From Chiloscyllium plagiosum (taxonomy: Eukaryota): a DNA stretch of 36,888 nucleotides. This document shows positions 21,982 through 33,925 of the stretch, one piece after another (the first letter of the stretch is position 1; every line of letters begins with the position of its first letter). The stretch spans positions 1 to 36,888 of the forward strand of contig NW_025213867.1 of assembly GCF_004010195.1 (NCBI RefSeq). Reading direction: 5' to 3'. The notes under the pieces were generated by a model. The model was not told where the DNA came from, did not search any database, and worked only from the letters and a program-made list of their open reading frames with translations. Both the position numbers and the translations under genes were made by a program.

Positions 21982-22527
21982 TGTTAGAAACGAAAATCGC
22001 TTCTCAATAATCACTCTAGACAAATTCAGGAAAACAAAGTTTTATTAACAAGTCAAGTCTGCAGAGTCGGGCACCCTTAAAGAAAAGGCGCGCTGAGGCT
22101 TACAAAGTCTCCATTATATATAGCACAAGTCCCTCCTCTCCTTGGCTCCAACAAGCCATGAGGTTCACATTCTTAAAAACATCATTATTTTTATCACAAA
22201 GTCTGCAACAAATGTCTTCAGAGTCTCTAAAGTTGCTGTTTTTCTCACCCTGTAGTCTTATCAGTCAAAGACTTATTCTTCTCTGTCTGTGCTAGCAGTC
22301 TTATCAGTCAAGGACTCATCCTTGACTGTGTTAATGGCTTCATCAATCAAGGGCCTGCTTATTTTTACTATCGCTCACAAATTGTCAGCATTCTGCACAA
22401 TTTAAACTATTCTACTTTTGAGTATATAAAATGGTTGTTAGAAAAGAAACAAAAGTTTTGTCTTTTATTATAGACCAGTCCGTGGTCCAGGCACATCTTA
22501 AAGTTTAAACCGAAATTACCTCTCTCA
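21982..22527 (-). mobile_element. Solo LTR (546 bp) of an endogenous retrovirus or LTR retrotransposon
   Basis: TG...CA termini; 5-bp TSD gtaaa (21977-21981 and 22528-22532); minus-strand TATA (22114-22122) then AATAAA (22041-22046); U3 direct repeats agtcttatcagtcaa. Confidence 0.85.
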
Positions 22528-22669
22528 GTAAATTATCTCGTGTGTTCACAGGAGCCAGTGTAACGGACGTAAAATATAAAAATGTCCCTCTCTATGTGAT
22601 TATAAGATGCTCCTCAATACTACCTCCCAGTAGTGAGGCTGCTCACTGCAGATCAATGTCTCATCCAAA

Positions 22670-22829
22670 GATAAAAATCACACAACACCAGGTTATAGTC
22701 CAATATATTTATTTGAAAGCACTAACTTTTAAAGCGCTGCTCCTACGTGTTGACGGAGCAACGTTCTGAAAGCTTGTACTTCCAACTAAACCTGTTGGAC
22801 TATAACCTGGTGTTGTGTGATTTTTAACT
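22670..22829. mobile_element. Palindromic Penelope-derived insertion with ~9-bp TSD (tcatccaaa)
   Basis: Arms aaaatcacacaacaccaggttatagtccaa / ttggactataacctggtgttgtgtgatttt; TSD 22661-22669 and 22830-22838. Confidence 0.8.
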
Positions 22830-23374
22830 TCATCCAAAAGAAAAAAAATGTTTCCACAGCTTGGCATCCTTGAGCTTTAATTGAGAGAGCTCATGAAGTT
22901 GTTGATCTGGATGACTGAACGCAGAGAGTGGCAGATAGTGAAGCCCCAGCTGGACACGGTAAAGCTGAGAAGGAACTGGTGTTGCACTGGGGTGCTCACG
23001 GGAGACTCACGCATGCGCATGTTCGAGGCAAAGAACGCTGTTGTGTGAAGAGCTTCGCCAATGGGAAAGCCTGGAGGACCGGAAGCAAGCTAGTCCTCCA
23101 GCTAATCAGCGCCCTCCATTGTCTGAATGCGGAAGTTGGACAATGTTGCTGCTGTTCCTCATCTCTCTCCTAATGAAGATTGAACTTCAGCCAGATTGAA
23201 ACAACTCTGTCAATCATCCGTGAGCATTGCAGTTTTTTTTCTTCAGTTCTTCTCTCCTTCGGGGTTAAGTTATTGACTTGCAAGAATTGCACGTTAGGGA
23301 AGTGAATCCGGAGAAGAGGCAGATTCTGCAAAGTATGATCCAGGTCTCCCGTTCTCGAAGAGACCATTACATCG

Positions 23375-23575
23375 TTTACTGTTCTGAGGAAGGGTCACTC
23401 GACCCCTCATTCTTGATGAAGGGATTTTGCCCGGAAAGTCGATTATCCTGCTCCTTGGCTGCTGCCTGACCTGCTGTGCTTTTCCAGCACCACCTTCCCC
23501 ACACGTTGACTCTTATTTCTCTGCACTGATGCTGCTGAGCTTTTCCAGCAATTTCTATTTTTGTTACTGACTTCC
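23375..23575 (+). mobile_element. Nested Penelope pLTR fragments
   Basis: ctgaggaagggtcactcgaccc and ttgatgaagggattttgcccggaaagtcga cores; gctgcctgacctgctgtgcttttccagca. Confidence 0.7.
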
Positions 23576-23824
23576 TCAGCTTGGCACACTTGTTTGCCTG
23601 GCTAACAGAATGTCATTTTTTTTTAATGTTCACAGTTAAAAGGGGTCGTTTCCATCCAAGAGCTGACATGTGATGAGGTATTAAATTGACATCTGATTGA
23701 GCTATGCTATGTTTTGTTATATTGTACATATTTGATATTGTCACTCTTTTGAAATTCACATGTTGCTTCCTTGTATGAGAGTATTACTGTAAAATTCTAT
23801 GTTACAGTGGCATTATGGCACAAG

Positions 23825-23937
23825 CAAAAAGTGAGGACTGCAGATGCTGGAGATCAGAGTTTAAAAATGTATTGCTGGAAAAGCAGCATCAAAAGAACAG
23901 GAGAATCGATGTTTCGGGCATAAGCCCTTCTTCAGGA
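23825..23937 (-). mobile_element. Penelope pLTR fragment with 10-bp TSD (atggcacaag)
   Basis: TSD at 23815-23824 and 23938-23947; contains the reverse complement of the hammerhead-like core. Confidence 0.8.
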
Positions 23938-24422
23938 ATGGCACAAGGATCAATTCAGCAAGATGAATCTGTGCCAAATCTCAAGCAATCCAGTCTCTCT
24001 CATTGTCCCTCTATATCACTATCATCCAGCAAGTTAATTTTCCTCAACTGCTCATCTAATTTTATTTTGAAACCTTACCTGAATCCTTTCAATTTTGAAT
24101 CAGTTGTTTGAAATAATACATACCTCTTCCTCATAAATTGAAACTTCCAGGTTGTGACCAATTGATGCTTAACTAGCATTCTTCCTTACATTCCTTTGTG
24201 TCTTTAATTAAGTTGCAGTCCAATTAATTTGAATACTTTAAAACTAGTAATAAATCCTGAACAGCAAGCATTCAGCCATGCAGTATAAAATAGGCTGTGT
24301 GGCCCATTGAGTCTGCATAGATAGTTAATCTATCAATTATCATGAATTACCTTGTGAATATTTTCTTTTGAATTTTTATCTAACACTGAGATGTTGATGA
24401 CTTTTTAAAACTGCCTTTACAG

Positions 24423-24516
24423 GATAATAGAAGGGAAGGATTTGAAGAAAGAAATGACCACCTTCACCACTTTGCTTCTAGTGTACGAATTGCTGAATGA
24501 AAGCAAAGATGGGAAG
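24423..24516 (+). other. Candidate internal exon of an unidentified + strand gene (open frame IIEGKDLKKEMTTFTTLLLVYELLNESKDGK)
   Basis: ctgcctttacag| acceptor and AAG|gtagac donor in AT-rich unique DNA; no family recognised. Confidence 0.3.
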
Positions 24517-25696
24517 GTAGACATTCTTCAGTTTGCATTTCACTTTCTGCAATAGCATGCTATGTTGACATGGAGATGGTCATGTTAGGCAGTTGTTTTG
24601 TTGAATTCATGTAAAATTGGCAGCTCATTTTGAATTGCTGAGGGGAGAAGAAGCTGGAAGGCTTGGTGAGCATGGAGCTGGAGGATGAAATCTCCAATAA
24701 GGCTGTCAGTGAAATGCACTGAGTGTTGTGTTGTGTTGGCAGGATACCGTCATACATTGGAGATATGAATGAGGAGCAGGAAGGGCATTCAGCTCTTAGA
24801 GACTGCCTCCCCATGTGATGAGATTGTGATCGATCGGATTGTCATTTCCACTTCATGCTCCTGTCTGACCCCTTGAAGCTTTGCCACTAAGGTGGGCAAA
24901 AAGACGGTGCCGATAATGGAACTGAGTCAATACACCTTGTAGGTACTCAATGTCTAACTTTTAAAACGAATTGCTGGTGGTCAAGGAGTAAATCAGGGTT
25001 GGTAAAAGTGGTTGGTGTTTCTTCAAGTAATGTTGCACCAAAGAGGGAAGCTTCTGAGAAACGAATCCTCTCTAATGCATTTACCGTGAGTGAAAATAGT
25101 TGCCAGGGATTCTGAAGCATTTATCTTTTCAGGGAAGCCACACTGGGTGTCCAAGAAAGCAAGGAATGATTTTAGTTTGAGTTGCTGCCTCAGCTAAAAC
25201 CTTGTTGTTAAAAGATTTGGACCTTGTCCCAAAGGTTCATTGTATTAACACAATGTATTCTTTATTACTCACATGCAAGGAGAGTCCACCAGCAGAGTTG
25301 TGGGGAAATATGTGTTTAAGGTACATGTCAGAGCACAACTGAAATAGTGTGAACAGTTTTGGGCCCTGATCGAAGGAAAAATACACTGGCATTGGAGGCC
25401 TGTGGGAGGTTAATGATAACTATGTAGAAGGTGCAGGGAGCAGAAGAGTTAATGGTGGGATGAGTAAGTAAAGCAAAAATATGAGTTAGTGCAAAACCAC
25501 AGAAAACACTAAGTTGAAAACAAGGATGACGAAGTAAGCGACTTTTGCACTCCACAACCAAAGTGGGATTGAGAAACTTGCTGATAGTCGTGTAACTGGC
25601 CCCTGGTTTTGATAAAAGCAAGGAAGTAGAAAGACCTAAGCAGCAGAGAGCAGAATGTCTTTAATTGCAAAACTGCACTTAACTGATAACATTGCG

Positions 25697-26851
25697 TCAT
25701 AGAATCTTTACAGTATGTAAACAGGCCATTTGACCAGACAAGTCCACACTGACCCTCCAAACAGTAACCCACCCAAACCCATTCCCCTACCCATGCTATA
25801 CCACATTTCCCTAACTAATACAGCTAACCTACACACCCTTCAACATAATGGCAATTTAGCGTGGCCAATTCACCGTAACTTGCACATCTTTGATTTGTGG
25901 CAGGAAACCGGACCATAAAACATACAAGATGGAACAATATAGCACAGTACAGGCTTGTTGGCCCTCGATGTTATGCCAACCTGTGAAACCAGGTTGACTG
26001 TGTGGAGTTTGCACGTTCTCCCCGTGTCTGCGTGGGTTTCCTCCGGGTGCTCCGGTTCGGTTTCCTCCCACAGTCCAAAGATGTGCAGGTTAGGTGAATT
26101 GGCCATGCTAAAATTGCCCGTATTGTTAGGTAAGGGGTAAATGTAGGGGTATGGGTGGGTTGCGCTTCGGTGGGTCGGTGTGGACTTGTTGGGCTGAAGG
26201 GCCTGTTTCCACACTGTAATGTAATCTAATCTAATGTAATCTAATCTAATCAATCTGAAGCCCATCTAACCCATTCTATTCCTTTATCATCCATATGGTT
26301 ATCCAATGACCATTTAAATGCCCTTAAAGTTGGTGAGTCAACTACTATTGCAGACAGGGCATTCTACATCCTTCCTACTCTCTGAGTAAAGAACCTACCT
26401 CTGACATCTGTCCTATATCTATCACCCCTCAATTTAAAGCTATGTTCCCTTGTGCTAGCCATCACCATCTAAAACAGCTGTCGCTGTCCACCCTATCTAA
26501 TCCTCTGATAATCTTGAATGCCTCTATTAAGTCACCTCGTAACCTTCTTCTCTGAACAAAAATAGCCTCAAGTCCCTCAGCCTTTCCTCATAAGGCCTTG
26601 CCTCCATATCAGGCAACAGCCTGGTCAATCTCCTCTGCACCCTTTCCAATGCTTCCACATCCTTCCATTAATGCAGTGACCAGAACTGTGCGCAGTACTC
26701 CAAGTGTAGGTGCAACAGCGTTTTGTACAGTTGCAACATAACCTCATGGGACTTGGAGTTAACTCACACAGACACAGGGAGAACATGCAAACTCCACGCA
26801 GACATTCACCTGAGGTTGGAATCGAACCTGGGTCTCGAGCACTGTGCTGCC
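25697..26851. mobile_element. Nested repeats: HE1 SINE (-) 25697-25915; CR1 3' end (-) 25930-26750 interrupted by HE1 SINE (+) 25995-26255; partial SINE (-) 26762-26851
   Basis: SINE core and (aatct)n tail; minus-strand CR1 LEYCAQFWS-like segment near 26680-26705. Confidence 0.85.
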
Positions 26852-27236
26852 CAACAGGTAACACTCTAATGAAATGTCATGGTTTGACTGTGTTGCTGAG
26901 GCTTCTGATCAAAATGTAACAGGACAGTGAGAAAACATGATTTGTGTGTAAAAGTGTGACTGCAATTGTCTGTTTCAGACTCGCCCCACCAGGTTGTCAG
27001 CAACTCTGCTGGTGGACTCTCCTTGCATGTGAGTAATAAAGAATACATTGTTCACCATTTGGCCGTCTGACTGGTTGTTTCTTCAATGGGCCTTTCAGGT
27101 ATGGAGGGACTGTGGAAAGGAGAGAATGAATAGGTTGGCACATGGAAGAATGATACGTTACCTTACTGAAAGAGAGAGGATTTTTCGGGGATTTAACAGG
27201 GTAGATATAATAAGCTTGTTTCCCCTTGTACATGAG

Positions 27237-28555
27237 CTGAAAAAGTGTTGCTGGAAAAGCGCAGCAGGTCAGGCAGCATCCAGGGAACAGGAGAATCGAC
27301 GTTTCGGGCATAAGCCCTTCTTCAGGAATGAGGAAAGTTTGTCCAGCAGGCTAAGATAAAAGGTAGGGAGGAGGGACTTGGGGGAGGGGCGTCGGAAATG
27401 TAATAGGAGGAAAGAGGTCAAGGTGAGGGTGATAGGTCAGACTGGGGTGGGAGCGGAGAGGTCAGGAAGAAGATTGCAGGTTAGGAAGGCGGTGCTGAAT
27501 TCGATGGATTTGACTGAGACACCTGGAACATCTACTACAAACCGACCGACTCCCACAGCTACCTGGAACATCTACTACAAACCGACCGACTCCCACAGCT
27601 ACCTGGACTACACCTCCCACCCTGCCCCCTGTAAAAACGCCATCCCATTCTCCCAATTCCTTCGACTCCGCCGCATCTGCTCCCAGGAGGACCAGTTCCA
27701 AAAACGTACAACCCAGATGGCCTCCTTCTTCAAGGACCGCAATTTCCCCCCCGACGTGGTCGACGATGCCCCCCACCGCATCTCTTCCACTTCCCGCTCC
27801 TCCGCCCTTGAACCCCGCCCCTCCAACCGCCAACAGGACAGAACCCCACTGGTCCTCACCTACCACCCCACCAATCTCCATGTAAAGCGCATCATCCGCC
27901 GTCATTTCCGCCACCTCCAAACGGACCCCACCACCAAGGATATATTTCCCTCCCCTCCCCTATCAGCATTCCGTAAAGACCACTCCCTCCGTGACTCCCT
28001 CGTCACATCCACACCCCCCACCAACCCAACCTCCACTCCCGGCACCCTCCCCTGCAACCGCAGGAGGTGCAAGACTTGCGCCCACAAGGATATGCAGGTT
28101 TTTGGACTCCTCCATCACCAGACCACAACAACACGACGGTTGGAGGAAGAGCGCCTCATCTTCCGCCTAGGAACCCTCCAACCACAAGGGATGAACTCGG
28201 ATTTCACCAGTTTCCTCACTACCCCTCCCCGCACCTTGGCACAGTCTAATCCAGCGAATTCAGCACCACCTTCCTAACCTGCAATCTTCTTCCCGACCTC
28301 TCCGCCCCCACCCCAGTCTGACCTATCACCCTCACCTTGACCTCTTTCCACCTATCACACTTCCGACGCCCCTCCCCCAAGTCCCTCCTCCCCACCTTTT
28401 ATCTTAGCCTGCTGGACAAACCTTCCTCATTCCTGAAGAAGGGCTTATGCCCGAAACATCGATTCTCCTGTTCCCTGGATGCTGCCTGACCTGCTGCGCT
28501 TTTCCAGCAACACATTTTCAGCTCTGATCTCCAGCATCTGCAGTCCTCACTTTCT
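27237..28555 (+). mobile_element. Internally deleted Penelope-like retroelement with inverted pLTR at its 5' side, inserted in a CR1 tail
   Basis: Peptides IYYKPTDSHSYLDY...NAIPFSQFLRLRRICS (RT thumb), CNRRRCKTC (Zn knuckle) and EERLIFRLGTLQPQGMN (GIY-YIG C-terminus). ~280-bp inverted termini. TSD cccttgtacatgag at 27223-27236 and 28556-28569. 40-bp tandem duplication at 27521-27600. Confidence 0.92.
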
Positions 28556-28994
28556 CCCTTGTACATGAGTCGAGGTTCACTGTGTTTAATCCGCAAATAT
28601 TTGGTCATTTATTTAAGACTGAGATGAAGAAGAATTTCTTCTCAAGCGTCTGGAATTGTTATCATGGAGGATGATTGAGGCAGGCTTACAAAGTATATTG
28701 AAGATAGATTTTTGATCAAGAAGGTGGTCAATTGTTTGAGGGAAAAGGCAGGGTGGTGGAGTTGAGGATTATCAGGTCAATGGTGGTGACTTCATTGAAT
28801 TTCTGACCAGACTTGATGGGCTGAAGGGTCTACATCTGCTCCTTTGTCTGTGTTCAGGGTGAATTGAAATTGTACTCTGGGTGTAGAGTCTCTTATTGGT
28901 TTTGTTTTCATGTTTCTCGTGTGGGATCATGTTCAAATAACGACTGAAATCAGGGAGTGGCGAAAATCGCCTCTTTATTCGACAGTCACCACAC

Positions 28995-30250
28995 AAGTTG
29001 TATTGAACAAGCCTAGATTGCTGTTAAGTCTTTCGACTTTTAGAATGGGTTACAGGTCTCGGTTCATTAGTATGTAAGTCCTAGAATTTCTTTCAAGTAA
29101 CGTTCTCGAGACGACTTAAGGTTTCTTTTTAAAAAGTCGTGACATCTCAGCTCATACAATGCATTAAAGGTGTGAGGTTAGAGTCATATCTATATCCCTA
29201 TCATGAGCCAGACTGTTCTAATTTCAAAGTAGGAATTTTTAAAATGTTACATGGATTGACTGCCTGCAGATTGTATGCTTCTGGAACAAAATAGAATGTA
29301 TCTGCAATTACAATTCTGCAAATTCATCCGATAGACTTATATGTGAGAGTGTGTGCATGTGAGTGGGATAGAGAGTGAGAGAATGGGTGCGTGCATGTGA
29401 GTGTGAGTGCTTTTGAGAGTGTGTTTGCATGTGTTTGCTTGGTAGAGTACATGTGAGTGTGACAGAGTCTCAGCCTCGAGGAATGACCTCTCCCCTACTT
29501 CGAATTCATGTCACACTATAGGTGACCCCACTACACTCAACACTCATCTCTCTCTCTCTCCCTCTCTCTGTCTCTCCCCCTTTCCCCTCCCTCTGGCATG
29601 CAATCACACACACGTCAGTCTATGGGGTGAATTTGCATTTTGCAGAACTGTAATTGCAGACACATTCTATTTTGTTTAAAAAACATACAGTCTGCAGGTG
29701 GTCAATTCACGTAACATTTTATAAATTTCTGTTTTGGAAATAGAACCAGGCTGGCTCAAGATTGGGAGCCAGACAGACTCTAACCTTATACCTTTAATGC
29801 ACTGTCTGAGCTGTCATGTCATTTTTTTTAACAAAGCTTTAAGTCATCTCGCGAATGTGATTTCAAAGAAGTTCTGGGACTTGCGTATTAATGAGCGGGC
29901 ATAGATTTAAACTGAGGGGTGATAGATATAGGACAGATGTCAGAGGTATGCTCTTTACTCACAGAGTAGTTAAGGGTATGGAATGCTTTGCCTGCAACGG
30001 TAATAGATTCGCTAACTTTAAGTCATTGGACAAGCGTGGACGTACGTGGAATAGTGTAGGTTAGATGTACTTCAGATTGGTATGATAGGACGGTGCAACA
30101 TCGAGGGCCGAAGGGCCTGTATTGCGCTGTTATGTTCTATGAACCGAGGCCTGCAACCCAAAGACGAAAGACTTAACAGCAAACTAGGTCTGTTCAACAT
30201 ATTTCAGTTATATGACACTGTGATCATTTGTTATAAATTCTGTGTCTTCT
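28995..30250. mobile_element. Two inverted copies of an AT-rich Penelope-type terminal repeat around a TG/CT microsatellite; CR1 tail inserted at ~29895-30140
   Basis: 29005-29338 is the reverse complement of 29618-29893 plus 30140-30200. Confidence 0.7.
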
Positions 30251-30604
30251 GAGGGCTGCTGCCTGGATTGGAGGGCATGTCTTATGAAGAAAGGTTGAAG
30301 GAGCTAGGGCTTTTTTCACTGGAGCGAAGAAAGATGACAGGAGACTTTGTAGAGGTGTACAAGATGATAAGATGCATAGATAGAGTGGATAGCCAGAGAC
30401 ATTTTCACAGGGTGGAAATGGCTATCATGAGGAGACCTTATTTCAGGCACATTTGATGTTATGAGCCCACAGTTGCTTCAGCTTTTGTCTATTCTGTTGA
30501 AAATGTCAGGTTTCTGCAGGCAGTTTTGCAACTATTAGTTGGTTTGATGCTTTACTTTTCTTTTATTTGAATTAGTTCCATGCTGAATTGGATTCTAAAT
30601 AAGA

Positions 30605-31310
30605 AGAACAAAGAAAATTTACAGCCCAGGAACAGGCCCTTTGGCCCTCTACGCCTGAGCCGATACAAATGTACTGTCTAAACATGTCGGTCAATTCCTA
30701 AGCATCTGTATCCCTCTACTCCCCGCCTACTCGTGCATCTGTCCAGACACATCGTAAATAAATCTACCGTGCCTGCCTCGACCACCTATGCTAGTAACGC
30801 GTTCCAGATGCCCACCACCCTCTGTGTGAAGTACTTGCCATGTGTATCCCCCTTAAACTTTCCACCTCTTGCCTTGAAAGCGTGACCTCTCGTTATTGAA
30901 TCCTTCACCCTGGGAAAAAACTTGTCTCTATCCATCCTGTCTATACCCATGATTTTGTAAACCTCAATCTCCTTTTTTCTAATGAAAACAAACCTAACCC
31001 ACTCAATCTCTCTTCTTAGCTAGCACCTTCCATACCAGGCAACATCCTTGTAAACCTTCTCTGCACCCTCTCCAAAGCGTCCACATCCTTTTGGTAATGT
31101 GGCGACCAGAACTGTACACAGTATTCTAACTGCGGCCGAACCAATGTCTTGTACAATTTTAACATGACTTGCCAGCTCTTATACTCAATACCCCGCCCAA
31201 TGAAGGCAAGCATACTATAGATGCCTTCTTGACCACTCTATCCGCCTATGCAGCAACCTTCAGGGTACAATGAACCTGTACTCCCAGATCTCTCTGCCCA
31301 TCAACGTTTC
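30605..31310 (-). mobile_element. CR1 LINE 3' portion
   Basis: [40 protein letters not shown]. Confidence 0.95.
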
Positions 31311-31519
31311 AAGAAGATTTCACTAACTTCGGAACTGTGGCTCTCCGTCCAAGTTTGTAAAAACAACAAACTGCCCACAAAATCATTTCCCTCTGTTGAA
31401 TTCACATAATTACCGAGTGTGAGATGTTGTGTTATAGACTAGTTTTATTATCTCACTCATCAGCTCGCTATATTAATTAATACAGACTTCCTGTTAACCT
31501 TTTTTAAAATTTGTTTAAT

Positions 31520-32220
31520 TCTTTTGTGGGACTTGGCTGGCCAGCTTTGATAGTCCATCTGTATTTGACCTTGAGAAGATGATGGTGAACTGCCTTCTTG
31601 AATCACTTGCTGTGGGTTGACCCACAAAGCCTGGAGGGAGGGAATTCTAGGATTTTGACCCAATGACTGTGAAGGAATGGCGGTATTTTTCCAAGTCAGG
31701 GTGGCTTAGAGGGAAAGTCGCAGGTGGTGGTGTTCCCAAGTACCTGCTGCCTTTGTCCTTCTAGGTGGAAGTTGTTGTGGGTTTGGAAGGTGCTGTCTAA
31801 GGATCTTTGGTGAAGTTCTGCAGTTCATCTTGGAGGTAGTACACACTGCTGCTAATGAGTGCCAGTGGTGCAGGGATTGAATGTTTGTAGATGTGGTGCC
31901 ATTCAAGCGGGTTGCTTTTTGCTGAATGATGTCAAGCTTCTTGAGTGTTGTTGGAGCTGCACACATCCAAGCAAGTGGAGAGTATTCCATCACACTTCTG
32001 ATTTTTGCCTTTTAGATGGTGGATAGACTTTGGGGTGTCAAGAGGTGAGTTACTCGCCACAGTATCCCCTAGTCTCTGACCTGCTCTTGTAGCCACTGTT
32101 TATGTGGTTAGTCAAGTTGAGTTTCTGGTCAATGGTAACCCCAAGGATGTTGACAGTGGGAACCAGTGATGGTAATACTGTTGAATGTGACGGGGCGGTG
32201 TTTAGAGTGTTTCTTATTAC
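31520..32220 (-). mobile_element. CR1/L2-clade LINE 3' portion
   Basis: MEYSPLAWMCAAPTTLKKLDIIQQKA...SLHHWHSLAAVC. Confidence 0.85.
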
Positions 32221-32731
32221 TAACCCATTAGTTACTATAACACAATTTCTTTAATTTATTCATAAAACCACAGTTGTGTAGTATCCAAATTTGAAAACAA
32301 CCCTTTCAAACCCATCACTGCATTTTCACACCTTATCAGCCCCTGCTACAAGCAATGTTTACCTCAGCATACGGAACAATACCATCCCCAACAAGTCTCT
32401 GTGAAACATTTCTTGTTGAATACCATTTAACTGGGCCATTATCCCTTCAAGAAACTAACCGACAAACAGCGCTCGCATGAAATTGCATGAAGGAATGAAA
32501 CTCATACCGGCAAATAGTAAATAAATCTAACCACACGGCGGCAGTAATCAGTTTATATCCTTTATTATGACATCTAACGTATTTAGAGCATGTCGGCCTA
32601 GTATGTTTACTTACATTTTACTAAGTTAAAAGACAAAAGAATGAATACCTCTAAATATGGAAGCAGACCACACAGACATCCCATTAGAAGTAGCAGTCAG
32701 CACATTGTTTTACCCATCTCCTGTCTCCCAG

Positions 32732-32794
32732 GACAGAAACCCTTCAAACCTTTGTGTACTACAGATGAAAAATGTAGCACGATAGGAAGGTTAG
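32732..32794 (+). other. Candidate 63-nt exon of the unidentified + strand gene (open phase 1-1 frame QKPFKPLCTTDEKCSTIGRL, or UTR)
   Basis: Strong acceptor ttttacccatctcctgtctcccag| and strong donor AG|gtaaga in unique DNA. Confidence 0.4.
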
Positions 32795-32978
32795 GTAAGA
32801 ACTGTGTATAAAGGGGCTCTTGTAAGATGGGAAGTAAATTTGTTAGTAAACAGAAATGCACATTTTTAAATTTTTTTATCCTATGTGGAAATCAAATTGG
32901 ATTGTTGCATATAACTTTGATTCAGGATTTTATTGTCGCTCCGAACTAGTGCTGTGATTGTGGAATAAAGAGGGTTGT

Positions 32979-33925
32979 GGATGATGGGGAGGGTAGGGGG
33001 CAGTCAGAGCTCCTGTTACTCACTCCCTGGTGGATGATGGCGTGGGTAGGGGGCAGTCCCAGCTCCTGCTGTTCCCTCCCTTGTGGATAATGGGAGAGTG
33101 AGCAGTCCCAGTTCCTGTTGCTCACTCCCTTGTGGATGATGGGGAGGGTAGAGATCAGTCCCAGTTCCTGTCGGTCACTCCCTTGGGATAAAGGCGAGGG
33201 GGAGAGAGAGCAGTCCCAGTTCCTGGTACTCACTCCCTTGTGGATGATAGGGAGGTTAATGAGCTCTGAGTGAAGAGGTGTGGGATATGAGATGTGAGGG
33301 TTCAATGGTTGGGCCAAGCGGAGGGGCCCTGTTGCTCATTCCCCGGTTGATATTGGGGGGGAAGGGGGTAGTCCTAGCTCCTTTTGCTCACTCCTTTATA
33401 GGTAATGGGGAGGATGGGGGCACTCCCAGGTCCGGTTCCTCACTCCCTTGTGGATTATGGGGGGAGAGGGGCAGTCCTAGTTCCTGTTGCTGACTGCTTT
33501 GTGGATGACAGGGAGTATCAGGGGCTGATCCAGCTTCTGTTGCTCACTCACCGGTGGGTAATGGGGGTCAGGTTGCAGTCCCAGGTCCCGTTTGTCACTC
33601 CATTTTGGATAATTGGGAGGGTAGGGGGCAGTCCCTGCTCCTGTTACTCACTCCCTTGTGGATGAAGGGGGCGGGGTCATTCTCAGCTCCTGTTGTTCAC
33701 TCCCATGTGGATAATGGGTTAGCGGGCAGCCTCGGCTCCTATTGCTCACTCCCTTGTGGAGGATGGGTGGAGAGGGGGCCGTGCCAGCTCCTGTTGCTCA
33801 CTGCTTTGTGGATGATTGGGGGAGCAGGGATAGTTGCAGCTCCTGTTGCTCACTCCCTTGTGTATGATGGGGCAAGTTGATGAACTCTGAATGAAGAGGT
33901 GTAGGGTTCACTGGTTGGGCCAAGG
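32979..33925. repeat. G-rich ~50-53-bp minisatellite (ggatgatggggagggtagggggcagtcccagctcctgttgctcactcccttgt)
   Basis: Roughly 16 diverged units; a spacer ctctgagtgaagaggtgt...ggttgggccaag occurs twice. Confidence 0.9.

Noticed and set aside
32979..33925. CRISPR-like array
   Set aside because: Vertebrate DNA, contiguous diverged units without unique spacers, no cas genes.
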